Below the pieces are notes generated by a model that saw only the letters and a list, made by a program, of their open reading frames with translations, did not search any database and had not been told where the DNA came from. A stretch of 64,000 nucleotides of DNA. Source: the human T2T-CHM13v2.0 reference genome, Homo sapiens. A program made the position numbers and the translations under genes. Positions within the stretch are counted from its first letter, which is position 1. Each line of letters opens with the position of its first letter. Where the stretch lies: assembly GCF_009914755.1 (NCBI RefSeq), contig NC_060934.1; one strand, written 5' to 3'. Of this stretch, positions 12,291 through 24,700 are shown in pieces.

Positions 12291-13783
12291 AGTGCTACCT
12301 GATGCAGGTGCTCGGGGCTGGCCAGGATCCCCACCTGAGTCTGGAGCCCTGAGCCCAGGCCTCCTGACTCCGACAGCCTGCAGCCCTGCCCGAACTGGGA
12401 TGATAGAGCAGCAAACATGGCTCCATGGAGAGCGAAACCCAAGCTGGGCTGTTTACTGCCAGTCTGCTGGGAGCTTTGACCCACCATCGTGCAGGGCGAG
12501 TTTCCAAGAAATGGCGAGAGAGCATCCAGATTTCTCACGTTGCCTCTAGAGCCCTGTTGTCTGACCAGTATCTTCTGTGAACATACTTTGGGAAATGATC
12601 TCATGGACGCTTGGCCTGGATGGTGGTCACACTGGTAATTCAGTTCCACAAGTATTTTATGAGCCCCTTGTGTGTGTGATGTGTGCTGTTCTTCAGGGAG
12701 CCCTGAGCAGAGCTGCCAGCATCCTGCCTGAGAAGCAGTGGCCCGGGATGGTGGGAGATGTCTGCAGGCGCAGGGCGGAGGCTGTGGGCCAAGATTGTGG
12801 CTCTGAGAAATGGAGATGGGAGAAGGGGAGGCAGTCACTTTGGAAGAATGGGCGGGATGGTGATGATTTGAATGAGACTTGGGGGAGTTGGGGCAGCGTA
12901 CTCCAGGGGATAAGATCAGAGGTGAAGGGGGTTGGGCTAAAATGTTGATCATGGTGGGAACAGTAGTGATCCCCAAATCCTACAGAGCCTTTGGGAAGCC
13001 TGGTCTTTGCATACGTTCCCTCTAAACTCGTGCCGACGTTGTGATTTGGTCTGATTTATCCTACAGACAAAGACAGTTGAAGCACCAAGAGTGATTTTCT
13101 CACAGCAAAGGGACAGAGGGTGGGAGGCCGTGATTTGCACCCCCTGCCTTTATCTGGCCCCTGCCACATGGTAAGTGGAAGGCAGGTGGCTCCTTCCACA
13201 GGGCTCTCTTTGCCCTCTCGGGAAGCCTGGTTTTTACCCTTGAGGCAGCAGGGAGGCTGCAGGGTGAGATGTTGAAGGAGTGTGATGTGGGCAGAGCCTC
13301 TGTGATGGGGCATGGTTTCTGGCACATCCCATTTCCATATTCTGGGGTGATCGAATGGGATCCGGTTCAAATCCCTGTCAGTCTGCACAGAAAAGGGGAG
13401 GTTTTGCAGGCGGCTCTGGAGTGTGACAGTTGAGGATTGAATCTTGAGAGTAATGCTTCTACAAAACACTTGTGTAGTTTGCGGTCCGCTGCCCGACCCT
13501 GGTCCCTTTAAGGGACATAAATGCACCTCTCTCTCCTCGTTCTTGGAAAGACAGATGAGAGAACCAAAGAGTGGCCTTAGAAGCATATGTAAGACACAGA
13601 AAGGAAAGATCAGCTGGAGTGCTGGTGAAGGGTTTCACAGGATAGGAGACCAGGCAGCAAGGTGCCCAGCGGACAAGCAGGGAGGGGGCCTTCAGTGAAG
13701 GCGCAGAGATTTGGGATGCATGTGGGATTCAGACCTGCTTCATTGTGGGAACAGAGCAGGAAGGTGCCAGTGAGCTGCCCTTC

Positions 13784-14040
13784 CAGGGGTCAGCAGACCT
13801 TTCTGTAGAGGGTTCCAGGGGTCCGCAGGCCTTTTCTGTAGAGGGCCAGAGAGTCAGTGTTCTGCGCTTGCAGGGCCACACTGCCTCTGTCACAACTGCT
13901 CACCTCTGCCACTGTAGCACGGAAGCAGCAGGAGATTGTGTGTAAATAAATGAACACAATTGTGTCTCAATAAAACTTTATTTACAAAGACAGGTGCAGT
14001 GAGTGAGCTTTGCCCCACAGGCTCTAATTTGTTGCCCCTG
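13784..14040 (+). mobile_element. MER58A (hAT-Charlie) with tandemly duplicated left end
   Basis: caggggtc..tttctgtagagggccag...ctctgtcacaactgctcacctctgccactgtagcacggaagcagc...caataaaactttatttacaaagacagg...gcccctg matches MER58A; terminal repeats caggggt/gcccctg. Confidence 0.85.
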
Positions 14041-14244
14041 CTCCAGCCCCTTGATGTAGGGAGCCTTTGCTTTGTTGTTCTCAGTGAACTTTGAGGGCTG
14101 ATGGTTGGGTTGGAGTGGAAAGAGCCCAGGTGTGATGGGAGCCGTGAGGATGGCCTTCCTTGAGTAGCCACGAGCTGCTGTGGGTCTTCCTGAGAAGCTG
14201 TGGCAATGGGAGGACAGAGGTAAAATAGCAAGACCCAGTGCCTA

Positions 14245-14362
14245 AGGAGGCTGAAGAGGGAGGATCGCTAGAGCCCAGGAGTTCAAGACTGCAGTGAGCT
14301 AGGATTGCACCGCTGCTCTCCAGCCTGGGTGGCAGAGCAAGACCTCGTCTCTAAAAAAAAAG
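14245..14362 (+). mobile_element. AluJ right-arm 3' part plus A tail (inverted piece of the 14426-14608 Alu)
   Basis: aggaggctgaagagggaggatcgctagagcccaggagttcaagactgcagtgagc...gacctcgtctctaaaaaaaaa. Confidence 0.88.
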
Positions 14363-14425
14363 AAAGAAATGTACAAGTGTAAAGGTAGCCTATAGATGTG
14401 TTCCCCTGTATTCCCCAGGCTCTAT

Positions 14426-14608
14426 TCTTCAGCCTCCTGAGCAGCTGGAACTACAGGTGTGTGCTATCATACCCAGCTAATTTTAATTCTTTTGGGGCAG
14501 GGTCTTGCTACGTTGCCCAGTCTGGTTTCAACTCCTGAGTTCAAGTGATCTTCCTGTCTCAGCCTTCCAAAGTGCTGGGATTACAGGCATGAGCCACTGC
14601 ACCCAGAC
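14426..14608 (-). mobile_element. AluJ left arm, linker and start of right arm
   Basis: tcttcagcctcctgagcagctggaactacagg...cccagctaatttt...ccaaagtgctgggattacaggcatgagccactgcacccagac. Confidence 0.88.
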
Positions 14609-15196
14609 TTGTACATCTCTTTAAATGTAAATTAAATGTGCTTTCCACAGCATTAGTGGAACACCCCAGCATTGCTCATCCTCTCCGGGCTGGCTCCTAA
14701 CACAGGTGCCGTGGCATAGGTGCTGAGTTGAATCTCTGTTTTTGTAAGTCATTGCATACATGCTTCATTCTAAAATGTACTTTATTCCAAATATTGAACA
14801 GTTTGTCTTCGGGATTTATTGTCTGTGGTAGTTGTTTTATTAATTGTTTTAGTAAAACAAAGTTAGCTTAGTTGTGGGAATTATTTAAAAGGAGCTCTTA
14901 CCAGGTCAGCTTCCTTCGGTGTTGCGTTGGTTAAAGATAAACGAGAAGAATCGGGATACAGTAATTTTAGGAAATAAAAGGAGACTGTAGTATTGGTTGG
15001 CTGCTCTAGGTAATGGTGGTAATTTTCTGTCTTCAGAGTAATCATATTGTGAAAATGATGCATCGTATAATTCCAAAAATGAGGAAGAGCTTTGGAATAT
15101 ATTTTGTGTCTTAAATAACCAGTACTTCTGTTGTGTGTTTTATATACGACCAGCCTCTTACCTATACACTTTGTCTTAAAAATTATTTCTGTTTAG

Positions 15197-15208
15197 GTAC
15201 TTGGAAAA
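15197..15208 (+). other. MGMT: 5' part of MGMT exon 2 (GTACTTGGAAAA): 5'UTR for the 207-aa form; in frame (V-L-G-K) with the ATG
   Basis: 12 nt between the AG acceptor (15195-15196) and the ATG; multiple of 3 with no stop, consistent with the older N-terminally extended annotation started in exon 1 (recalled). Confidence 0.85.
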
Positions 15209-15333
15209 ATGGACAAGGATTGTGAAATGAAACGCACCACACTGGACAGCCCTTTGGGGAAGCTGGAGCTGTCTGGTTGTGAGCAGGGTCTGCACGAAAT
15301 AAAGCTCCTGGGCAAGGGGACGTCTGCAGCTGA
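15209..15333 (+). CDS. MGMT: MGMT first coding exon (exon 2), codons 1-41 plus 2 nt of codon 42; partial CDS of O6-methylguanine-DNA methyltransferase
   Basis: ATG at 15209 translates to [41 protein letters not shown] + GA, which I recognise as the N-terminus of human MGMT (continues D-A-V-E-V-P in the next exon). Canonical acceptor ttctgtttag| before 15197 and donor |gtaagt after 15333 (phase 2). Confidence 0.97.
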
Positions 15334-17520
15334 GTAAGTATGAGCCCACGTGATCCTGTATACCGCACATGCTGAAGCAACCGAGGAGTATATGTGATAA
15401 CGGCATGTTTTCCATTGATGGCAGGGTAACGCATAGCCTTACCCCCACAACCGCAACCACGAGTCCGTCTCTCAAAACAGCGTGCTGCGACGGCTCCTGC
15501 ATTTGCAGCTTCCCTGTGTGTTGCCCAGGAGCTCTCCACCTCCGATGAACCCAGGGCCGTTCCCTTCATACCCTTTCATTAGTAGCTCTAAGATGTTTGA
15601 TTAAGGTGTACGTTTACAGAGGAGTTGGTTGGTGATGAGCATTGAACATTTGGGTTCTTCGGCATATGTCTCTGGAAATTTAGAGACAGGGAGATGCAGG
15701 ATTAATCTTGATTAAAAAAAAAAGCCCAGATCAGCGTTCCCTGTTCCTCCAGAGTCTGCCAGGTGAGTTTCATACTAGGACTGCTTGATGTTCTGGAATC
15801 CCTTAACCAGGAGTCCCAGTTGCCTTTTGAGAGCCGTGGTCAGACCCTTGGCGAGGGTGTGGCTGAGGATGGCCCTGCCAGGGGGAAGGGCCCGAAAGCC
15901 CCTTTTCAGCATGACTTTAAGTTCTTGTCATTTCTAAGAGCGTACATGTTTCTCTTTTTGTGAACAGCTCCCACTATATTTCTCTAATTGCAAAAACGTA
16001 AGAAATGTAAAGCATTCCTTAGTGTTTTGCTTTGAAATGTAACATTTAATTTCCTCCGTTCATTCTATTAAAATTGTAGCTCTTGTTATTTCTGACCAAA
16101 GAAGAAGAAGAAAAAAAAAACACCCACTCCTATGCTTGGTGTTTCTCTTAACTGGCTAATAAACACAATGCCAAGAACATTAGATAAAGAAAATACATAA
16201 GAAACATAAAAATTGATTTTAATGGGCCCCTGTCCGAGACAGCCATAATGAGCACAAGCGCAGTCATAAATATCAGCACTCGCCTCCGCTGTCGAGATTT
16301 TTCCTGTAGAGCTGCACGTTACAATCAATATAGTCTTTTTGAGACCAAAAAATAAGCAAACCTTTGAACCATGTGAATATACTCTTTTCAGTTTCTATGA
16401 GAACCATCTGGCTGTAGTGTTCAGAAAGTCACAGGCACCAAATAATTTGTAGGGGAAAATGTCATTTTGTCTTTTAGCATGTTCAGTTGCACAATAAATC
16501 ATAGAAATTATGTGTTGGTTTTTTTTTTCTTTTGGGAAAAAGGTACAAAGTGAATTTGGGGAAGAAAAAGGAAAACAAAACAAAACAAACATTATAAGAT
16601 ATGTTTAGTTAAATGCCCATTGTGGATTAGGCAAATAGGATGAAGACGCTTAATTTTGAATTTCTACTTTATGAACTTTCTGAATCAAGTTAGGATCAGG
16701 TTCAGGTGTAAAAACAGCCGTGAAATAATGCTAAATCCTGAATAGGATCTGGCTGATTGCTCTCATGAAAACACACCTGTGGACAAACCATGGGAGCTGG
16801 GGCTGGTGCCTTCATGGCCCCTGGGAACTTGGGCTCCTCTGAGCTTGGGGTCTCCAGATGGTGGTCCCTGCCCTGGTGCTTCAAGACAGCTCCTGGGCCT
16901 CTGCCACAGGTAGGGGAGAAAGAAAGGAGGGCGTGTCATATATGGGCTAAAATTAGGTGTCTTGTGAGTAAGGAAGGAGTGGGATTTGGGGGGCAGCCAG
17001 CAGTATTTGTGTGTAGTTAATTTTAGTGGGGGGAGCATTTAAAAGTTTGAGAATAGTATATAAAAGTATATGAATAGTCAATTAAGTTTAACATTTTATC
17101 ATTTTTAAAATTTAGGTAAAAATTACATAGAAGTCAGATTTCAAGTGTACAATTCATTTGACAAAAGTGTACAACCGTATAACTACCGCCGAAGATATAG
17201 AACATTCAAGATATGGAACATTCCAGAAAATTCCCTTGTGCCCCCTAAAGTTAGTCCTCTTTGTGAATTTTTGTTTCCATTTCTCCAGAGTAAATTCCTG
17301 AGTGTGGAATTGCTGGGCTGGATGGCAAATGTATGTTTAACTTGACAAGAAATTGCCAAAACTTTCTTCAGAGCGGGATGGAATTTCCACTAGCAGTGTG
17401 TGAGTTTCAGTTACTCCACGTTCTTGGCAGCACTTGGTGGTGTCAGTTTTTCAGATTTTAGCCATTCTGGCTGGTATGAAGTATATCTCATTGTGGTTCT
17501 AATTTGCACTTTGCTGATGA

Positions 17521-17889
<369 letters not shown>

Positions 17890-18442
17890 ACCTTTTGCTC
17901 ATTTTAAAATTAGAGGTTTCTTGTTTGTGTTTTTGTTGATGTTATTGATTTGTGGTTCTGGATGTAAGACTTTTGTCAGATGTCTGTATTGTGATGATTT
18001 TCTCACAAGTTGGAGGCCTGCTTTTTTGTTTTTCCAATAGTGTCTTTTGATGAGTAGAGGTTTTAAATTTTGAACAAGTCCATATGTCTTTTTTTCCCTT
18101 TATGTTTAACACTTTTTGTGTTCCCTGTAAGAAATATTTGTCTACTGTAATGTCTGAAATAAATTCTCCCGTAATTTCTTTTAAAAGCTTTGTAGTTTTT
18201 TTTATGTTTAGATATATGTGATCCATTTTGAATTACCTTTTTGTGAGGTACAGAGTTTATTTTTTCCCTGTAGCTATTTAGTTGTTTTAGCATCATTTGT
18301 TGGAAAATAAAAATTGTCTCCTTTCTTCATTGAATTACCATCAGTTGACCAAGGGTGTGTGAGCCTGTTCCTGTTTTGCTCTGTTTGGTTCAGCCTACCT
18401 TTGCCTGTTCTATGCCCGTTCCATGCTGGCTTGGTTAGGTAG

Positions 18443-18761
<319 letters not shown>

Positions 18762-21700
18762 TGTGATACATCTTGATGCTAGGTAATGTGAGTCCATGAA
18801 TCCTCTAAATTTATTTATTTTTGAAAGGTTTGGCTTCTATGTCTCTTAAGTTTGCCTATTACTTTTAGAATTCAGGTGTAAATTTCTGCAATGATTCTTT
18901 TTTGGATTTCGACTGGGAGTTCATTGAACCTGGTTGTCAGTTTTGGGAGGGTTGACATCTTGATACTGAAGTGTTCAGTTCTTGGCTTTGACTGGCGTCT
19001 GCATTTGTTTGGGTTCTTTCATTGTCCTCGGCAGCGTTGAGTGGTTTTTCAGCCTGGAGGCTTTGCTTATCTGGCAGACTCCATTTCTAAATACTTTGTT
19101 CTTGATGGTATTCTAAATTAGGTTGAAACTTTTTAACCTTTTAATTTATTGCTGCTTGTGTTTAACAACTGACTTGTATGTTGATCTTATATTCTGGGAT
19201 CTTGACTTAATTCATGTATTTTTTCCAGGGTTGTTTTGAGATTGCTTAGGATTCTGTATAAAAATTCATGATGTCTATGAATAAAGACAATAGGCTTCTT
19301 CCTTTCTGATTGTTATGCTTTAATTTCTTCTATTGAGCTGTCCAGAACCCTCCAGGATGACTTCAGTAAGTGTGGTGACAACAGATGTCCTTCCCTGTTT
19401 CCTGGTTTGGGGGAGCTTGCAGGATTTCACCAGTGAGGACTTGCTCCCCATGTTGGGTTTCAGAGGCGTCTTCCTCACTGTGTGGAATTTTTGTCAAATG
19501 ATATTTCATGTATGTGTTGACATAGTCATGTGCTCTTGCTCCTTTATTCTTTAAATTTGGTAGAATAAATTTTTAGAATTTTAAACCAGGTGTATACTTT
19601 TCTTTTTTTGGTACTGTCTTTGTCTTGTTTTGGAATTAGTCTCATTCTGATGACAGATCAATTTGGAAGCATTCCCTCTTCTATTTTCTGAAAGAGTTAA
19701 GTGTTGGATTGATATTACTTTATCTCCAAATTTTGGGATGAATGCACCTTGGATGCCATCTGGGTCTGGTGTCAGAAGCCTTTTGTGAAGCTTCCTGGTT
19801 TAGTAGAATTGGGTGCTGCCTTCCCTCATCTCGGGGTGCTCCCACCTGGAGCCATCTGTGCTCTGTGTGGCTGCTGTCCTCTGGTTGCTGAGTGACAGTG
19901 GCTGCTGGGATTTGGGGCAGCATCCTGCTGGCTCTGGCCCCTGCCCTCACCCTTCTCCGAGTGCCTATGAGTCCCAGGGTGGTCCTTGCTTCCTCTGAAT
20001 GGGTGTTTCTTTAGTAGATAAATTACAGGTTGACCACTGGGCCTTCTTCAGTGACATTGCATCTGTGCTTGTGTACAAAGTGTGATTCCCGCTCCCCAGG
20101 TGAATCCACTTACCTGTGTGTGGCTTCGCACGGGGACCAATGACTTCCTTGCATAGTTACCTTTCCCTCCCTAAAAACGTGTGAGAAGCACATCAGTTGG
20201 GAAAGTGGTATATTTTCCAAAAGGGAAGCAACATAAGCTGCTTTTAAGTTAGTTTCATAACTGCCTGACAGTATCAGGTTTCTGTGAATGCCATCACGTC
20301 CAGGAGCACTTGGCCTCTGCAAGAGCGGAGCAGCTCCCCCGCGCCATCTTCCCGCAGCTGCAGAGCTCTGACCTCGTCAGATTCCCTGCAGTGCCCACAG
20401 TCTAATGAGAGGGGCCAGGCTGTATGTGTTTACTTTTCTAATGTTATTTTGGGGCTTGTTTAGTTTTCCATAATGTTGATTGCCGTATTTGATTACTTGA
20501 AAAAATGGACCGTATCACCCTGGGTCATACTTAGATTACAAAAATAGTAGCAGTAGGACTTGTAGATCTTGGAAGCTGGGGAGCTAAGGGGGCTCATCTT
20601 TCACTTACCAAGGGCTTACCCTTGTTTTTCATTCTTTTATTTTTTTCACATAAGCCTTTTCAGAAAAATATAGGAAAAGCTGATAGAGTCCAATTGAACT
20701 AAACCACTTTAAAACTTTTTGTATTTTGGAAAATGTGGGGACTACACACAGACTGTCTTCTACTGCAGAGGCTCTTTTTCTGTCTTCATGGTAGGGATCC
20801 ATTTACAGGGTTTGTGGGTCTGCTTTTGGCATCTGGCCCAGCCAGCCCTTGGATTGAGGCTGGGTGGGGCATGCAGGTTGGCCCTGACCCTCTTCTGAGC
20901 ACCTGGCTGGCTGGACAGATAGGGCCTTCAGTCACCAGCTAGGCTGGCCTGACCCTAGACCCTCTGGAACGTGAGAACGTATCCTGCCGGGCCTCTGTGT
21001 TGAACCTGGGAGGAGAGTTGTCTGATGTCATTGGATGCCCTATGAGTTTCTGCCCTCGAAACGTGCCCCATGGAAAGCGTGAAGATGCCTTTGAGCTTCC
21101 CGAAGGGCAGCTGCAGCAGGAGGTGACCTGCGTTTTGCCTCTCTCCTGCTCATCTCTAAATGTGTTCAGGAACTCAGTCGACCCTCAGCCGTGCATGGGG
21201 TCCCGGCTGGCTTGGTATGTGCACCTGCCGAGTCTGTGCTGCCAGTTATCCCCACGGCCTCTCCGTGCAGGTCGGTCTGACCAGTGCCAGTCGGATGGTT
21301 CCTCAAGGTCCACGGGCCATGAGAACCTTCCTGGGAACTTCACGAATTCGTTTTTTTCTGACAGATTGGGAAATTAATACAGACACTTGCCGCATTCACG
21401 TTACTATAATTGATCTTTCAAGGAGGAGAAGAAACTGTTCTTAAGGACAAACACTTAGAGAAGCACTGCCAGTAAAAATAACATCCAAAAAAACGCGCTC
21501 TGTAGGACTTTTACCTGCGGCAAGTTCGGCTGTCTCATTGCTTTTCCTCAGTGCCGTGAAATAATGATTTGTGTTGTATGTGCTTAAAAAATGTGATTAT
21601 TTTACTTTATAGAGTGTTCCTTAAGGAGGTCTCTTGAGTCAAATAAGCATGTTTCTGTGAGGAAAACTTGCCAGGCGCTCCTTGGCTTTATAGAAATCGT

Positions 21701-24700
21701 CTGTTTTTCAAAAACGAATGGCTGAATGCCCTGGCGAGCCTGGAACCCCTTGTTCTTGCCCCTGCTGGCTCTGCGATTCCATGTCGGTGAGGCCTGTCCA
21801 CGCTGACGGATGTTGCCTCCCGTTTCTGCCTGAGAGGGGTAAATGATCAGTGGTGGATAGGGAGTTCCTCTTGTGACTTATGTTATCAATAACACAAATT
21901 GTGCATATACTTCACCCCATGCTAAACATTTATAGTGCAGTGTCCTTTAGAAGCCAGACAATGGCCTCGTCTTTCAGGTTGATGGCTAAAAAGACAAGAC
22001 AGGAAGCCAAGGTGTTTCTTTTCAGCTCCACAGATCCTTGTGATGAATTATGTTCCGTGACGAGAGGGTACGATGGGGGCCGACTGCTGGCCCCCGGACA
22101 CACAGTGCTGCACATGGGGCCTGCAGAGGTGTTAGCGTAGCCCGTGATGGTGGCAGCTCTTGGACCTTAGTAAAATAAAGGGAAGCAGCATAACATATGC
22201 TTTTAAGTGAGGGTATGGCGTGAAAACCCTGCCGTTGTGTGATAGGAGACGGGCTCTGCAGGCTGAGCCTTCCAAGTCGTGAATGATGAGGTTTGCTGTG
22301 CTCCTCTGATTGGCAGCTGAAAGGGCAGGTCAGAGCTCCTCTCTACAGCACTGCGGAGAATCCCAGGCTGTGGAGCACTGGCCCATCCACCCCAGGACAG
22401 AGCTGCCTCGCCACAGAAGAGCGAGGTTCTGGGATTCACTGTGAAATTGTTGTATGGTTTCTGATCTAGAAAATCAAACCTAAACAATGCGCAACCTCAC
22501 CAGCTTCGGTGCTCTTGATGTTTTCTCCCTGCAGCTGGTTCTTTGCTGACCTGGGGGCAGAGTAGACAGTGGTGGCAGCCAGGTGGATAGTATTTAAACA
22601 AGTGTCACTGAGATTTAGGGTCCTTATGTGCTGGACTCATCTAAGAAAAAAAAAAGCAATGCAAAAGTTTTATTTCTGTCAATTTTGTAACTGTGTTACA
22701 AGGAGACAGAGATGGCAAACGTGTGTGCCTGTGTCTGTGAGTCAGAAGCAAACTTGTTCATTTCATTTAATTTTAAGTCTGCCAGGAACTTCTTGGAAGG
22801 AAGAAAAGAATGGTTGAATGCCAGCTACAAATAGGTGAGTTCAGAATATGATCCAAAGTGTCAGAGCAAAAGATTTTTTAAGTTTCCAACATTTGGAGTA
22901 AAAGAGCACTTTAGAGTAACAGGTAAATGGGTTAACTTCAGGCAGAGAGAGGTGGATGTTTCTGCCTCTCTGGTATGTTAAAATAAAACCCCTTAAATCC
23001 CCTGCTCTTAATAAGTTTCCATTTAAGAGTCATTGGGCTTCACCTCTGTTCGGCTCTGTTTGTGAAGGGAGGGCAGCTTTTCTGGGGAGATCATGCCCCT
23101 CTCTCCTTTATGTGGCCACAGAGATCCTTTCCCTGTTTTCATGAGGAGGAAACATGGAACCTTGGCACAATCCAGTTCTCATCTAGAATTACATTGTATG
23201 CTGTGCAGGCCAGGGGAGGAAAGATCCCGGAAGTGGCAGCCACCGGATAGGCACGTTGCCGCCACAGCCAGCATCGGCGTCTGTTCAGGTTTCAGGAAGG
23301 TCACTTCTTGGCTCAAATCCCTGGTATTTCCAGGTTGTCTTCAGACTGCGGCTTTCACCCTCAGGAAGCCCCAGCATGGCCTTGGGCCCAGCTTAGAGGC
23401 TTGTGGGGGTTTGGGTGTAGCCCCGTGCACAGTATCCTGTCTAGGATTCATAATCTTGCAACAGCCATCCCTGATGGGATTGGGTAAGATGACAGTGTCC
23501 TTTCTCGATGGCCCTGGTGCCCTGTGGAGTTGGGTCCTGGCCCTCACTACCCTGTTGCGTGGGTGGGCCACGCCCCTCCTGCTGATCAGCCTCTGTTGCA
23601 GAGAGTCTGGCCCTGTGGACCCCTGCCCCCGGCCCCAGGCCCTGTGTCTGCGCTGGGCTTGCATTGCCTGCCTCTCGGTCCCCTCGCCTCATTGCAGTTT
23701 GGTGCTTCTAATTAGTTGTGGTCTTGAAAAGCTGGTGAACAGGCTTGTCCACATTGTATGGGAAATAAGGTTCAATGAACCCCTGTGAGAAACGCCAAGT
23801 GTGGGATTTCTGACAGTATCCCACAGAAACATCTCAGAGCCCATTTCTGTTTCCTCCTGGAGTCTCTGTTTCTCCCAGAAGAGGCGGCGTGGCCAGGGGT
23901 CAGGCAGATGTCAAGGAAGTGAGGACTCGGAGGGACTGGCACCTGTGGAATAGCCCCTGCTTCGTCTGTCTGGCCTGGTGGGAGGAGGTGTCCTTCCGTC
24001 ACTGCACTTCGTCCTTGGGACCCCTCTGTGAAGTTGTTGGCATCAATGTGCGTTTACCAATAAGAGAAATGGAGATGGGGTGAGGGATGGTGGGTTACAA
24101 GTCCTGGGGAAGACTTCAGGGAAGAAGTGGGTATTCCCTCTACTTAGCTGAACTTGCAGTAGAGACTGCCACTCTGGGAGTGACTTCTGTTCTCCTGTGA
24201 AATCCTCTGTGACTCTTGCCTGCAGTTGAGGGAGCCTCTGAGACCATCCTGATTGGGATTTGGTCAGTGGGAACTCAAGTCAGTATTGTCCTGGGGGCCT
24301 GAGTGCCAGTGTCTTAAAAATAGAGTGTCCTCCAGGTAATGTTGGATTTGGAAGTTCAGGCTCAGCACTGGATTTGTCCTCGTGATATCACTCGCCTACT
24401 GTACACATGAGTCATTGTAAAGTTACGACATGAGCTCGCATACGTGCTGGTATTAGAGCTCCTTGGACGGTGATGTGCTGTTTTAGAGGAGAAAAAGCTG
24501 AGATGAAACAAAAATGGTGGTGGCAGTTACCCAGGGCCACGTCTGTGGATGCCATCCTCAGGATGCCATTGCATCTCGGGCCAGCCTCCCTCTGCTTTTG
24601 CAAAAGCACAACCGTCTGGCCTCTACGACCACCAACACACACCTCTCATACTCTGGAATTTGATTTCTGGAATGCTTTTTTATTCTTCCTATATCTGTAA

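Noticed and set aside
15176-15569. Minus-strand ORFs (108 and 128 aa) overlapping the MGMT exon
   Set aside because: Antisense shadows of the real + strand exon; no independent support.
17192-17223. 16-bp tandem duplication aagatatRgaacattc
   Set aside because: Ordinary slippage event inside a dead L1.
23093-23788. 231-aa ORF (also 12266-12976, 236 aa, and 30765-31430, 221 aa)
   Set aside because: No family resemblance; composition typical of random GC-rich intronic frames.
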